Source: an uncultured delta proteobacterium (GTDB lineage: Bacteria; Desulfobacterota; Binatia; UBA9968). From it: a stretch of DNA of 64,000 nucleotides. Location of the stretch: positions 512,001 to 576,000 of the forward strand of contig CAWJZV010000030.1 in the NCBI GenBank assembly GCA_963847445.1, given 5' to 3'. Within the stretch, counting starts at the first letter, position 1. Each line of letters begins with the position of its first letter. Below are positions 20,258 to 30,681 of the stretch, piece after piece. Position numbers and translations under genes: made by a program. The notes below the pieces were generated by a model that searched no databases, had not been told where the DNA came from, and saw nothing but the letters and a program-made list of their open reading frames with translations.

Positions 20258-21241
20258 TCACAGCCGCAATTCTCGCACAGCGTTGCCGCCCAGTATCAAA
20301 GCGCGCTCGGCGTCATCGATCTCGAGTTGCATGATTTTACTCACCGCATCGAAGTCGCCCATCGCCATCGGATAGTCGGTGCCGATCACCACCCGGTCGG
20401 CGCCGACGACTCGCACAAGATAGTCCAACGCCGCTACCGAGTGAACGATGGTGTCGAAGTACATTTGTTGTCAAATATTCGCGACGGCTTCCGTGGCAAC
20501 TGCTTCTGCAAATCCGCGCGCAGACCGTAGGAATGATCCAAGCCGCCAGATGTTGAACGCCAACAGGCCGCCGCCATGGGACAGACACAAGCGCAGGTTG
20601 GGATACTTCTCGAACATGCCTTTGAGAATCATGCGCTCGACCATCAGCGTGGTGCGAAAGGTAAACTGCAGAACGTTGCCAAGAATCGGCGACAGCGGAT
20701 CGTCGGCGTCGAGCCCGCCTTCTAATGGGTGGACGAACAGCAGCAGCTCCAACTCCTGCGCGGCTTGAAAGAACGGCTCGAAGCTCGGATCGTCGAGCGG
20801 CTTGTCCCCCACCGCGTTGCCGATCTCCAGCCCCTTGAGCCCCATGCTCTTGGCTTCCTTGGCGATGGCGATGGACTCGGCAACGCTCTGCAGCGGCACA
20901 CTGCCGAAGCCAATGAATCGATCCGGATGCTTCTTGACGACATCTTGAATCGCTTCGTTCTGCCGGCGCGAGAAATGCGCGGCGACAGCGGCATCTTCCC
21001 AGTAAAATAACAGAATCGGCGACGGCGAGATCGCCTGCATGTCGATCTTCATTTCGTCAAGTGCTTTGATCCGCGCCAGCGGATCGTACGCTCCAGCGCC
21101 CAGACCAGGGCGAGAACCGATCTGCGAGGTCACCGACAGCTTGCCGTCATTCAACACCAGCTTCGGCGCGCGGTTTTCGAACTTGCCGGGATTCTGCAGT
21201 GCCTCGACGGGAAAGAAATGCGAATGCAGGTCGATGTTCAT
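20258..21241 (-). CDS. Amidohydrolase-2 family protein, ACMSD/decarboxylase-like (frameshift near 20540)
   Basis: IDLHSH, FVHP, LSHGGG, YFDTIVH, GTDYPMAMG. Confidence 0.88.
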
Positions 21242-21417
21242 GGTGCGTCCGGTCTCCTCATGACGAACTGTCTATACACCATCCGGTCCGTACTGTACCA
21301 GAGGTTATCGTCGTCAAGCTCGGCACAAAGTGATACGTGAGAGCGGTCCAGACATCTGTTCCGTGTCGATTGGATTCGAGCTGAATGTCAGGTATCTTGA
21401 GTTCACGAGGATGGTTT

Positions 21418-21651
21418 ATGCTCGCTAAGAAGACTGTGAACAACCAAATTACGCTGCCGAAGGCGATCGTCGCGAGACTTCCTAAGACCGATTACTTCGA
21501 AGTTAGTCTGCGAGGCAAAGAAATTGTCCTGAAACCCGTTCTCATCGCAGCCACGAGCACGAAACTGGACAAGGTCCGGATTAAAATGAAGGCCCTTGGA
21601 GTTACGGAAAAAGATGTCGACGCGGCAATCCGCTGGGCCAGGAACCGGTAG
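21418..21651 (+). CDS. AbrB/MazE-like antitoxin
   Basis: MLAKKTVNNQITLPKAI....YFEV.....IVLKP; coupled to PIN gene. Confidence 0.85.
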   Translation: MLAKKTVNNQITLPKAIVARLPKTDYFEVSLRGKEIVLKPVLIAATSTKLDKVRIKMKALGVTEKDVDAAIRWARNR

Positions 21652-22067
21652 TGCGCGTCGTCTTAGACACCAACGTCCTGGTATCGGCGCTTCTTTTCAA
21701 AGGTAAAACATCTGAACTCGTCCCCCTCTGGCAAACCGGTGCTATCACTCCACTGCTTTCTCGCGCGATCTTAGAAGAACATCTGCGCGTCTTCAGCTAC
21801 CCCAAATTCAAACTCTCCGAAACAGAGATCAGGGCTTTGATTCAGGAGGAACTGCTCCCTTTCGTGGAAGTGGTCAATCCCCGAAAACGCCTGCGCGTGG
21901 TCGAGCGTGACTCATCGGATGACAAGTTTGTCGAATGCGCGGTCGCGGGAAAAGCGCGAGTGATCATCTCCGGTGACAAAGATCTACTTTCAATCCGTCG
22001 TTACCGGCAGATCGTGATCCAGTCGCCGGCCCAATTTTTCGCCGCCAATCCCCAGCTTCGCCGATAA
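21651..22067 (+). CDS. PIN-family putative toxin
   Basis: RVVLDTNVLVSALL...RDSSDDKFVECAVAG....IISGDKDLL. Confidence 0.92.
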   Translation: MRVVLDTNVLVSALLFKGKTSELVPLWQTGAITPLLSRAILEEHLRVFSYPKFKLSETEIRALIQEELLPFVEVVNPRKRLRVVERDSSDDKFVECAVAGKARVIISGDKDLLSIRRYRQIVIQSPAQFFAANPQLRR

Positions 22068-22091
22068 TCATCGTTGGGAAAAAACTAATTT

Positions 22092-22320
22092 CGGCGACGG
22101 CGAGATCGCCTGCATGTCGATCTTCATCTCGTCAAGTGCTTTGACCCGCGCCAGCGGATCGTAAGCGCCCGCGCCCAAACCGGGACGGGAACCTATCTGC
22201 GAGGTAACGGAGAGCTTGCCGTCATTCAACACCAGCTTCGGCGCGCGGTTTTCGAACTTGCCGGGATTCTGCAGCGCCTCGACGGGAAAGAAATGAGAGT
22301 GCAGATCGATGTTCATGGTG
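22092..22320 (-). pseudogene. Diverged duplicate of the 5' ~75 codons of the amidohydrolase at 20258-21241
   Basis: Aligns with 21016-21245; protein identical except I->V, other changes synonymous. Confidence 0.92.
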
Positions 22321-22512
22321 ATTTTAACCCTTCCTCTCACAACCTTTGCGCCTTGTCAGCTGCTATGGCCATGAGGGCGGGTTTTAAACCCGCCCCTACG
22401 AATTCGATTACTTCTTGCGAACTTTGCACTGCAATAGCTCAAAGATTGCGTGGCTTGCGCAAATTTTCCGTACCGGTACTCTTAAGTTGCCGTGCCAATG
22501 AAGAAATTTAAT

Positions 22513-22841
22513 CTCACCACGAAGGACACGAAGAGCACGAAGTTCGGAGAAATAATTTTCCGAACCCTTCGTGTCCTTCGTGAGTTCCTTCGAAAATACA
22601 TGTGAGGGGATGATATGCACAACAAAGAGCCTGCGGGGCTCCGTCATACCCGCAAAAGCGGGTATCCAGGCTAATTCGGCGCAGAACAAACCTGGATTCC
22701 CGCGTGCGCGGGAATGACGAATTGAGGGGGATCGTGTTCTGGGAATGCCAACCATTTTCATGCTCTGGAGGCGAGCGCAAGCTCATGAAGTACTTCGTGG
22801 TGAAAACTCTTTCCCATTTGCTTGCGGCTCTGCTGCGCTAA
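22513..22841. repeat. Composite nested repeat element, copy 1
   Basis: CACGAAG/CTTCGTG arms enclosing a ~200-bp unit (CCTTCGAAAATAC...ATTTTCATG..CTCATGAA) with a REP doublet; near-copy at 25612-25930. Confidence 0.85.
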
Positions 22842-22861
22842 GTTTTTTGCGGCTATTTCTC

Positions 22862-23833
22862 CTATCTCAGGCCCAGTTCCTTCAACGCCTGGCGCAGATA
22901 ACTCTGATCGACATATTTCTCCGGATTGGGGATCGGCCCCTTCAAATTGTTCTGTTCGGCGTAGATGTCGACGACGGTCTTCAAGCCGTCCATCTCGATC
23001 TCCAGTTCAGGATGCCAGGCGGGAGCCTGAAGATAATAATCCAGGCCTTTTTCCGCCAGCGCCGGCGTCAGCTGAAATTCCTTCGCCAAATATTCGATCG
23101 CCGCCTTGCGATCTTGCTCGAACCATTTCTTCGCGCGCACCACCGCCTTGAGAAAGCGCACAACCACCGGGCGATTCTTCTCGGCCCAACTGCGCCGGAC
23201 GGAAAATGCCGAGAGCAAATAATTGGGAAAGACATCGACCATGCGGCCGATCAAGTTGAAGCCAAGATCCTGCGCTTGGAATGAATAGGGCACCGCCATC
23301 ATCGACGCGGCGGTTTGGCCCGCGTTCATTGCCAAAAAAGCCTGGGTCGTGCCGCCGACGTTCAGAAGTTTATAATCGCGCGGATACTCCAAGCCCTTGA
23401 GTTTCAGCGCTCGGCGCAACACGAAGGTCGTGCCGGAAGTTAAGGTGGACGAACCGATGGTCGCGCCGCGCAGGTCTTCGTAGGTTTTGTAATTCTTCGC
23501 GCCCATCAGCATATGGGTGATCTTGCTGCCGCTGGCGACCATGACCAGGTCGGCGCCCTGTTCGACGGCCGTGATCGGCCCGTCATTGGCGAGCAGCGCC
23601 GCTGAGATCGAGTTGCCGATCAACGCCTGCACCGCCGGCGCCGTGCCGCGCATGAGCACGACGTCGACATCGAGCCCTTCGCGCTCGAAATAACCGCGCC
23701 GCCATGCCGCCCATAGAGTCCCGTAACCCAAGACCTTGGACGAAACGCCGACGGGGAATTTAATTCGCTCCTGGCCCGCTGCCGGCGATGGCGGCTGCAA
23801 GATCAGTACAAATGCGAGCAGAATCAGTTTCAT
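22862..23833 (-). CDS. ABC transporter substrate-binding protein, NMT1/TauA-like
   Basis: Signal peptide; GYFEREGLDV; DLRGATIG; GLEYPRDY; FLKAVVRA. Confidence 0.88.
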   Translation of the reverse strand: MKLILLAFVLILQPPSPAAGQERIKFPVGVSSKVLGYGTLWAAWRRGYFEREGLDVDVVLMRGTAPAVQALIGNSISAALLANDGPITAVEQGADLVMVASGSKITHMLMGAKNYKTYEDLRGATIGSSTLTSGTTFVLRRALKLKGLEYPRDYKLLNVGGTTQAFLAMNAGQTAASMMAVPYSFQAQDLGFNLIGRMVDVFPNYLLSAFSVRRSWAEKNRPVVVRFLKAVVRAKKWFEQDRKAAIEYLAKEFQLTPALAEKGLDYYLQAPAWHPELEIEMDGLKTVVDIYAEQNNLKGPIPNPEKYVDQSYLRQALKELGLR

Positions 23834-24082
23834 ATTCGCTTTCCTCGCGGTTTCCCGCCACATCTATCTCAGTCAAACTCGCCGCCTTGTAACACGGCGT
23901 AGGGCGATTGCCTAGCAAAATGCTAGGCCGTAGCGAGGTCGTGCTTCAGTTTGATTTCTGGCAGGTTGAGACACCTAGAAAGATTTCTCGCTACGCTCGA
24001 AATGACAGGTTGTGTTTCGTCGTCATCCCGAACGCAGAGAGGGATCTAGCCAAGCTGAACCGTGACCCCGTGGCGGCGCTCG

Positions 24083-24112
24083 CTTGACACAACCGTGCCA
24101 CAATCTGCTAAT
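24083..24112 (+). promoter_or_regulatory. Putative sigma70 promoter of Rieske gene
   Basis: TTGACA followed by TGCTAAT at suitable spacing; AGGAG RBS before ATG 24146. Confidence 0.4.
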
Positions 24113-24145
24113 ACAATCGGTGATCGATTTATCAGGAGCATACGC

Positions 24146-25104
24146 ATGAATATTCTCCGGCAATTTTGGTATCCCGTCCTGTGGTCGAAAGATCTGACCG
24201 ACAAACCCATGTCGGTCAAGCTCCTCGACCAGCCGTTGGTGCTCTGGCGTGTCAATGGCACAGTCTCGGCGTTCTATGATCTCTGCCTCCATCGCGGCGC
24301 AGCGCTGTCTTTGGGGTGGATCGATGGCGATAAGCTCGTCTGTCCCTACCATGGCTGGAATTACGGCGCGGACGGCGCTTGCGTGAAGATTCCCTCGCTG
24401 CCCCCCGACCGTGAAATACCCGCCAAGGCGCGGGCAAAATCCTACCATGTGCAGGAGCGCCATAGTCTGATCTGGGTTTGTCTCGACGAACCGCGACAAG
24501 ACATTCCCCGAGTTTCCGCCGGAGATCGACGATCCGGCTTTCGTCTGGGCGCCGTACAATTCCGACGGCCAGTGGAAAGCCAACGCCGCGCGCATGATCG
24601 AGAACCTCGCCGACTTCTCCCATTTTCCCTGGGTCCACGCCGGCATCCTCGGCGACCCCGAGCAAGCCGAGTCCCCGGTGATTGAACTCCAGGAAGTGAC
24701 CGGCGGTTTTCAATATGAGATCGACACCCCGGTCAATCGCCTGCGCGCCGCAGAGCCCGTCGAAGCAACGCTACACCGTCATCCTGCCGTTCATGGTGAT
24801 CATCCAGCGCAGCCAGCCCGGCGGCGACGAGCGCCATACCAATATTTATTTGTGCACCCCGGTGGCCAACAACGAAACTCGATTTTTCCGTCTCGCCGGG
24901 CGCAATTACCGCGATACCAAACCGGACGAACAATTGAACGCCCAGCATCGCAAGATCTTCGAGCAGGACAAAGCCATCGTCGAGTCCCAGCGTCCCTGGG
25001 AACTGCCCCTCGACCTCGCCGAAGAGCTGCATCTGCGCGGCCCCGACACCCCGGCGGTGGAATACCGCCGGCGGCTGAAGCAAATGGGAGTCGAGTGGAA
25101 TTAA
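24146..25104 (+). CDS. Rieske non-heme iron oxygenase alpha subunit (VanA-like), frameshifted
   Basis: CLHRGAALS..G.....VCPYHGW Rieske motif; ENLADFSHFPWVH iron site; IFEQD. Confidence 0.9.
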
Positions 25105-25107
25105 GCA

Positions 25108-25246
25108 CGTTCAAACCGTTCAAGCCGTTCAACCGCTGCGCTCCGTTCAAGCCGACGGAACCTCCGAAAACGTTTTGAACGTTTTGAACGATTTGAACGG
25201 AGCGCAAGCGATTGAACTGAGCGAAGCGATTGAACGGCTTGAACGA
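25108..25246. repeat. Inverted GTTCAA/TTGAAC microsatellite element
   Basis: GTTCAA units followed by TTGAAC units; similar at 33037-33137 and 40460-40571. Confidence 0.85.
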
Positions 25247-25260
25247 GTTAGGAGTTTGAG

Positions 25261-25420
25261 ATGTCGGAGGTTTACGATGTCATCGTTGCCGGCGGCGGTT
25301 CGGCGGGCTGCGTGATCGCGGCGCGATTGTCCGAGGATCCGCAGCGACAAATTGGTCAAAGAGGAAATCGAAAAATATTCGCGCTTCAGCGCCGACGAGC
25401 TCGGCTGGAAAGCGCAGTGA
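25261..25420 (+). pseudogene. GMC oxidoreductase N-terminal remnant joined to an unrelated C-terminal remnant
   Basis: MSEVYDVIVAGGGSAGCVIAARLSEDP, then in another frame KLVKEEIEKYSRFSADELGWKAQ*. Confidence 0.75.
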
Positions 25421-25611
25421 CTGGGGCTAAACACGTTCAGCACGAAGGGTCCAGCGCGGCGAAGCCGCAACCGAAAAGAAGAGTGGCCGCAAAGAACGCA
25501 AAGGGCGCAAAAAAAGAATCGAGAATCGTAGGGGCGGGTTTGAAACCCGCCCTCTTGGCTTTGGCGCATCAAGAAATTTGCCCAAGCCGCGCAAACTATC
25601 ACGGATGGTAG

Positions 25612-25930
25612 TACGAAGGACACGAAGGTTGCCGATAATTAATATTCCGAACTTCGTGATCTTCGTGCACTCCTTCGAAAATACATGTGAGGGGATGACA
25701 TCCACAACGAAAAGCCTCCGGGGTTCCGTCATACCCGCGAAAGCGGGTATCCAGGCTAATTGGGCGCAGAACAAACCTGGATTCCCGCGTGCGCGGGAAT
25801 GACGAATCGAGGAGAGAAGCATGTTCTGGGAATGCCAACCATTTTCATGATCTGTAGACGAGCGCAAACTCATGAAACACTTCGTGGTGGAAAAGTCTTT
25901 CCCACTTGGTTACAGCTATGCCGCACTAGG
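25612..25930. repeat. Composite nested repeat element, copy 2
   Basis: Near-copy of 22513-22841. Confidence 0.85.
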
Positions 25931-25963
25931 AACTTCATGGTAAACATACGTATCCGGAGGTAG

Positions 25964-27080
25964 ATGAACATGGCAGGAATCATCGACGCCGACACCCATA
26001 TCGCCGAATCGGAGAGCATGTGGAAGCATTTCGATCCGAGCATGCACCATCGCCGCCCGGTCATGCTGTCGGCGCCGGACGACACGCTCTATCGAGATTT
26101 CAACGTTCTGTGGTTGATCGACGGCAACATCTTTCCTAAAGCGTCGGGCAAAGGCGGCTTTCGTATCATCACCCCGACCGCGTCGAAACGCGAAGCCAAT
26201 CGAACCGACATCGCGCTCGGTTGCCGCGAGATCACCGACGTGGCCGCGCGGTTGGCCGACATGGACCATGCCGGCGTCGACACCCAAGTCATCTACCCCA
26301 CCCTGTTTCTCATCGACGTGACCGATGACACCAATCTTCAAATCGCCCTCTGTGGCGCCTATAATAAATTCCTCGGCGAGGTTTATGGCAAATCCAACAA
26401 CCGGCTGCGCTGGGTCACGGTGCTGCCGCTAAAATCAGTCGACGCATCGATCCAGCAGATGCACGAAGCCAAACAAAACGGCGCCGTCGGCATCTTCTTT
26501 AGCGGCATCATCGGTTCGCTGACGTTGAACAATCCCCACTTCATGCCGATCTACGCCGAGGCGGAAAAGCTTGGCCTGCCGATCTGCGTGCACACCGGCC
26601 AGAGCAGCCGCCACCTGCTCGACTTTTTCGATCTCGAATTGAACGGCACCTTCGCCACTTCCCATGTGCCGCCCATCGTCGGCTTCCGCGATTTGGTCGC
26701 CAGCGCGATCCCCGAGAAATTTCCCGACGTTGAAGTTCGGCTTCCTCGAAGTCTCGGCGAGCTGGGTGCCGTTTCTCTATCACCACTTGAAGCGCTCAGC
26801 GCGGCCGCGCCCGAGTTTTCCCAACGCGCGCTGGAAGTTTTCATCGTGCAAGGAACTCTTCCGCGACTACCGCATCTACGTCGCCTGCGAAGCCGACGAG
26901 GACATCCCCTACCTGGCGGAATTTATCGGCGAAGATAATTTACTGATCGGCTCCGACTACGGCCACAACGATCCGGCGGAAGAAAAAGCCTTGGTGCAGA
27001 CCATGAGATCGCGCGAAGATCTGTCGCAGATTTAGTTGAGAAGATTTTCTCGGATAATCCAAGGCGCTTCTATGGATTGA
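25964..27080 (+). CDS. Amidohydrolase-2 family protein, frameshifted
   Basis: IIDADTHIAE, QVIYPT, ICVHTG, GSDYGHND, NPRRFYGL. Confidence 0.88.
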
Positions 27081-27106
27081 CATAGAGCCGGCGAATAAAT
27101 TAGAGA

Positions 27107-27183
27107 ATGCTCGACCAGCTCAGCATGAACGGATTTTTTATTCACTCAAATCTTGCTCCGTTCGTGCTGAGCTCGTCGAAGGC
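27107..27183. repeat. TCGAC..CTCAG-type inverted REP-like pair
   Basis: TCGACCAGCTCAGCATGAACGG...CCGTTCGTGCTGAGCTCGTCGA; relatives at 13411 and 39035. Confidence 0.7.
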
Positions 27184-27212
27184 ACCATACCGGTAGAAAC
27201 CACGGAACGATA

Positions 27213-28238
27213 ATGATCATCATACTACTCATCGCACTATTTCTCGGCACGCGCGCGGAGCTCCATGCCCAGACCCCGTTCTATCAGGGCAAAACCATCA
27301 CCGTCATCGCCGCCGCCAGCGCCGGCAGCGCCTACGATCTCTACGCCCGCTTGATGGCGCAATTCATGGGCAAGCATATTCCCGGCAATCCCAATTTCAT
27401 CGTGCAAAATATGACCGGCGCGGGCTCGATCATCGGCGCCAATTACCTCTACAACGTTTCCAAGCCCGACGGCCTGACCATCGGCGCGATTCAACCGTCG
27501 ATCTACTTCAACCAACTGATGCAGCAGAAAGAAGTGAAATACGATTGGGCGAAGTTCGCCTGGATCGGCAGCTCGGACAAATCCGACTATCTGCTCTACA
27601 TGCGCGCCGATCTGCCCTATAAGACGCTCGCCGATGTGCGCAAGGCCAAGGAACCGCCCAAATGCGGCTCCACCGGCGCCGGCACCTCCGGTAGCTACAT
27701 GCCCAAACTACTGGAAGAAGTCCTCGGCACGAAATTCACCATCGTCGCCGGCTACCAGGGCGGCGGTGAAATCGATCTCGCCGTCGAACGCGGCGAACTG
27801 CACTGCCGCTCGTTTACCATCCAGGCCTACCATTCGCGCGAGCCGTACCACACCTGGAGGAAGAAAAGCTTTGCCCGAATCCTCATGCAGACCGGACAGA
27901 CGAGAGATCCGCGCATCGCCGATACACCGACGCTGCGCGAGCTCATGGACGAATATAAAACCCCCGAAAGCGATCGACGCCTGGTTCTCATGATCTTGGC
28001 CGCCAATGATTTCGGCCGCCCCATCGTCGCCCCACCGGGCCTGGCGGCCGACCGGCTTAAAGTGCTTCGTGAAGCGTTCCTAAACACCATGAAAGATCCC
28101 GACCTGCTGGCCGAAGCGAAACGTAAGAATTTCGACATTCAGCCCACGAGTGGCGACGATCTCGCCAGCCTTGCCAAGCAAGTGATGACCCAGACACCGG
28201 AACTCATCGCCCGAGCCAAACGGTTGATGGAGCAGTGA
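27213..28238 (+). CDS. TctC/Bug tripartite tricarboxylate transporter substrate-binding protein
   Basis: FYQGKTITV, YDLYAR, HIPGNPNFIVQNMTGAG, KPDGLT, GYQGG.EI.LAVERGE. Confidence 0.9.
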   Translation: MIIILLIALFLGTRAELHAQTPFYQGKTITVIAAASAGSAYDLYARLMAQFMGKHIPGNPNFIVQNMTGAGSIIGANYLYNVSKPDGLTIGAIQPSIYFNQLMQQKEVKYDWAKFAWIGSSDKSDYLLYMRADLPYKTLADVRKAKEPPKCGSTGAGTSGSYMPKLLEEVLGTKFTIVAGYQGGGEIDLAVERGELHCRSFTIQAYHSREPYHTWRKKSFARILMQTGQTRDPRIADTPTLRELMDEYKTPESDRRLVLMILAANDFGRPIVAPPGLAADRLKVLREAFLNTMKDPDLLAEAKRKNFDIQPTSGDDLASLAKQVMTQTPELIARAKRLMEQ

Positions 28239-28335
28239 CGGCAAGTTTGAACCATGGGCCCAAGTTAGCGCCGAGGCGATCCACGCAGGTAAAAACAAAA
28301 AGCTACGGATGGAATTGATCTGAAAGAGAGGCTTT

Positions 28336-29358
28336 ATGAAAAGAACTCTGCTATTAGTAACGATCGTTCTCTGGAGCGCGGAACTCTGGGCGCAGGAGCC
28401 ATTCTACCAGGGCAAGACCATCACGGTCATCAGCACCTCGAGCACCGGCAGCGCTTACGATATATACGCCCGGCTTGTGGCTCAGTTCATGGGCAGGCAT
28501 ATTCCCGGCAACCCCAACTTCATCGTCCAAAACATGGCCGGCGCCGGATCGCTCATCGGCACCAACTATCTTTACGGCCTGGCCAAAGGCGACGGCACGG
28601 TGATCGGCGGCTTGCAACCGTCGATGTATTTCAACCAGCTGTACAAGCAGCCCGAGGCCAAGTACGACTGGGCAAAGTTCAACTGGCTCGGCAGCTCGGA
28701 CCAGTCCGAAAGCCTGCTCTATATGCGCGCCGACCTGCCGTACAAAACTCTGGCGGATGTGCGCAGGGCCAAGGAGCCGCCCAAATGTGGTTCCACCGGC
28801 CCCGGTACTTCCGGAACTTATATGCCCAAACTATTGGAAGAACTGCTCGGCACGAAATTCACCATCATTTCCGGCTACAAGGGCGGCGCCGAAATTGATC
28901 TGGCGGTGGAACGGGGGGAGATCCAGTGCCGCGCCCTGACGATTCAGGCGTACCATACCCGCGAGCCCTACCACACCTGGCGTAAAACCGGCTTCGCGCG
29001 CATCTTGATGCAGACCGGCAAGACCCGCGACCCGCGCATCGCTGACGCGCCGACCATCTACGAGCTGATGAACGAACATAAAACCGCCGAGTCCGAACGG
29101 CGCTTGCTGCCGTTGATCCTCGCCGCCAGCGATTTCGGCCGCCCCATGGTCGCTCCCCCAGCCGTGCCGCCGGCCAGAGTCAAAATCCTCCGCGACGCAT
29201 ACCTCAAGACTCTGGCCGATTCCGACTTGCTGGCCGAAGCGAAACGAAAGAACCTCGACATCACGCCCACCCCAGGCGAAGAACTCCAAGAGTTAGCCAA
29301 ACAGGTGATGGTGCAGACCCCTGAAGTAGTGGCGCGCGTGAAGACGCTCATGGAGTAG
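28336..29358 (+). CDS. TctC/Bug substrate-binding protein, tandem paralog
   Basis: Same motifs; colinear with the preceding gene over its full length. Confidence 0.9.
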   Translation: MKRTLLLVTIVLWSAELWAQEPFYQGKTITVISTSSTGSAYDIYARLVAQFMGRHIPGNPNFIVQNMAGAGSLIGTNYLYGLAKGDGTVIGGLQPSMYFNQLYKQPEAKYDWAKFNWLGSSDQSESLLYMRADLPYKTLADVRRAKEPPKCGSTGPGTSGTYMPKLLEELLGTKFTIISGYKGGAEIDLAVERGEIQCRALTIQAYHTREPYHTWRKTGFARILMQTGKTRDPRIADAPTIYELMNEHKTAESERRLLPLILAASDFGRPMVAPPAVPPARVKILRDAYLKTLADSDLLAEAKRKNLDITPTPGEELQELAKQVMVQTPEVVARVKTLME

Positions 29359-29392
29359 TAATAGAAATACTGAACCCATGCCGTGCGTCTGT

Positions 29393-29472
29393 GTAGGGGC
29401 GGGTTTTAAACCCGCCCGTGGCGCGGTGGTTGATGACGCTCCGATCAGGGCAGGTTTAAAACCTGCCCCTAC
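29393..29472. repeat. GTAG-type REP doublet (REPIN) downstream of RAYT
   Basis: GTAGGGGCGGGTTTTAAACCCGCCC...GGGCAGGTTTAAAACCTGCCCCTAC; dispersed singles at 22375 and 25528. Confidence 0.9.
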
Positions 29473-29484
29473 ATTTCATTTTAA

Positions 29485-30106
29485 TCATACTTCCCACGAT
29501 TCGCGCTTTCCGATCGATTTCACCGCGGTGCGATTTGGATTTTCTCGATCCATTTCCCACTGCGGGGGATTATTCGCGATGTATTCACGGATACGCATCA
29601 GTTCGTCGTCGCTGCGAATGATGTGTTCGTAATAGTTGCGTTGCCACAGGGGCACGCCGGGGGTATTGCGCATTCCGTTAGTCCGGCGCGCAGAAAATGT
29701 TTTGAACGCCCGAATGATCTCTGCCAACGTAGGGGCGGGTTTTAAACCCGCCCTGAGCGAATTCGGACCAGCCACCACGCCCCGGGCAGGTTTCAAACCT
29801 GCCCCTACGTCGGATATGCCGACCATCTGCGCCACCATGCGCCAGTTCGATGATTCCATGAACATGATTTGGCATGACCACGAAGGAATCACATTCAACA
29901 GCGGGATAATGATCCGGCAAATCGTTCCAGTCGATTGAACGATCGCGACCGAATTGATTTGGCAGCATCTCTCGATCGACGATCTCGCCGAACAAACACA
30001 TACGATCCTTCGTCACGATCGTGACGAAATACGCGCCGGCCTGCGCATAATCATAACCGGGCAGACGGATCGAACGGCGCTGCTGTTTGTCCGCATCGTG
30101 CTTCAT
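29485..30106 (-). mobile_element. REP-associated tyrosine transposase (RAYT, Y1 HUH), frameshifted
   Basis: RRSIRLPGYDY...AYFVT; VVMPNHVHGII (HUH); FKTFSAR; LWQRNYYEHIIR; YIANNP..W; flanked by GTAG REPs. Confidence 0.92.
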
Positions 30107-30160
30107 CGCTGCTGTTACCTAGCCGCAATGTTTTCATTCTGCAACCACATCCCTGCGAAC

Positions 30161-30239
30161 GTAGGGGCGAGTTTAAACCCGCCCGTGGGGTAGCGGTGCG
30201 GAGTGTTCCGGACCGGACAGGTTTGAAACCTGCCCCTAC
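30161..30239. repeat. GTAG-type REP doublet upstream of RAYT
   Basis: GTAGGGGCGAGTTTAAACCCGCCC...GGACAGGTTTGAAACCTGCCCCTAC. Confidence 0.88.
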
Positions 30240-30390
30240 GTGACACCGCATCAGGTGACGTTATCTTCGTAGGTAACCGGCTGGCCGCCCTCTGTCGGTT
30301 GAGCGCTTTCATCATCGATAACTGTCCTTCACCTGCGCTTGTCAGGCTAACCCATATCGCTTAGTATTCTGGCCAGGGGAGAACGCGACC

Positions 30391-30681
30391 ATGAACGTCA
30401 GCAAAACCTTATCGAACAAGCGCGACGAAATATTGCGAATCGCTGGCGCCCATGGGGCGAGGGATCTCCGGCTCTTCGGCTCGGTTTCCCGCGGCGAAGC
30501 AACCGCGAGAAGCGACATCGATCTCTTAATCAATCTAGACCCCGGTAGAACCCTCCTCGACATCGTCGCGATCAAGCAGGACCTTGAAGATTTGCTTGGC
30601 TGTAAAGTGGATGTAGTCACTGAAGATGCGGTCAGTCCGTATATCCGCGAACAAATCCTCAAGGATGCTATCAGCCTGTGA
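30391..30681 (+). CDS. Minimal nucleotidyltransferase (MNT) antitoxin
   Basis: LFGSVSRGEA..RSDIDLL...LEDLLGCKVDVV. Confidence 0.93.
   Translation: MNVSKTLSNKRDEILRIAGAHGARDLRLFGSVSRGEATARSDIDLLINLDPGRTLLDIVAIKQDLEDLLGCKVDVVTEDAVSPYIREQILKDAISL

Noticed and set aside
21016-22320. Diversity-generating retroelement template/variable repeats (also 57805-58666)
   Set aside because: Differences are mostly third-position and not adenine-specific; no reverse transcriptase in the window.
22408-25873. Paralogous small ORFs (22408-22761, 22514-22786, 25427-25873, 25599-25838)
   Set aside because: They are translations of the repeated non-coding composite element.
29485-30106. IS200/IS605 insertion sequence
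   Set aside because: Motifs and flanking GTAG REP doublets fit RAYT; no tnpB.
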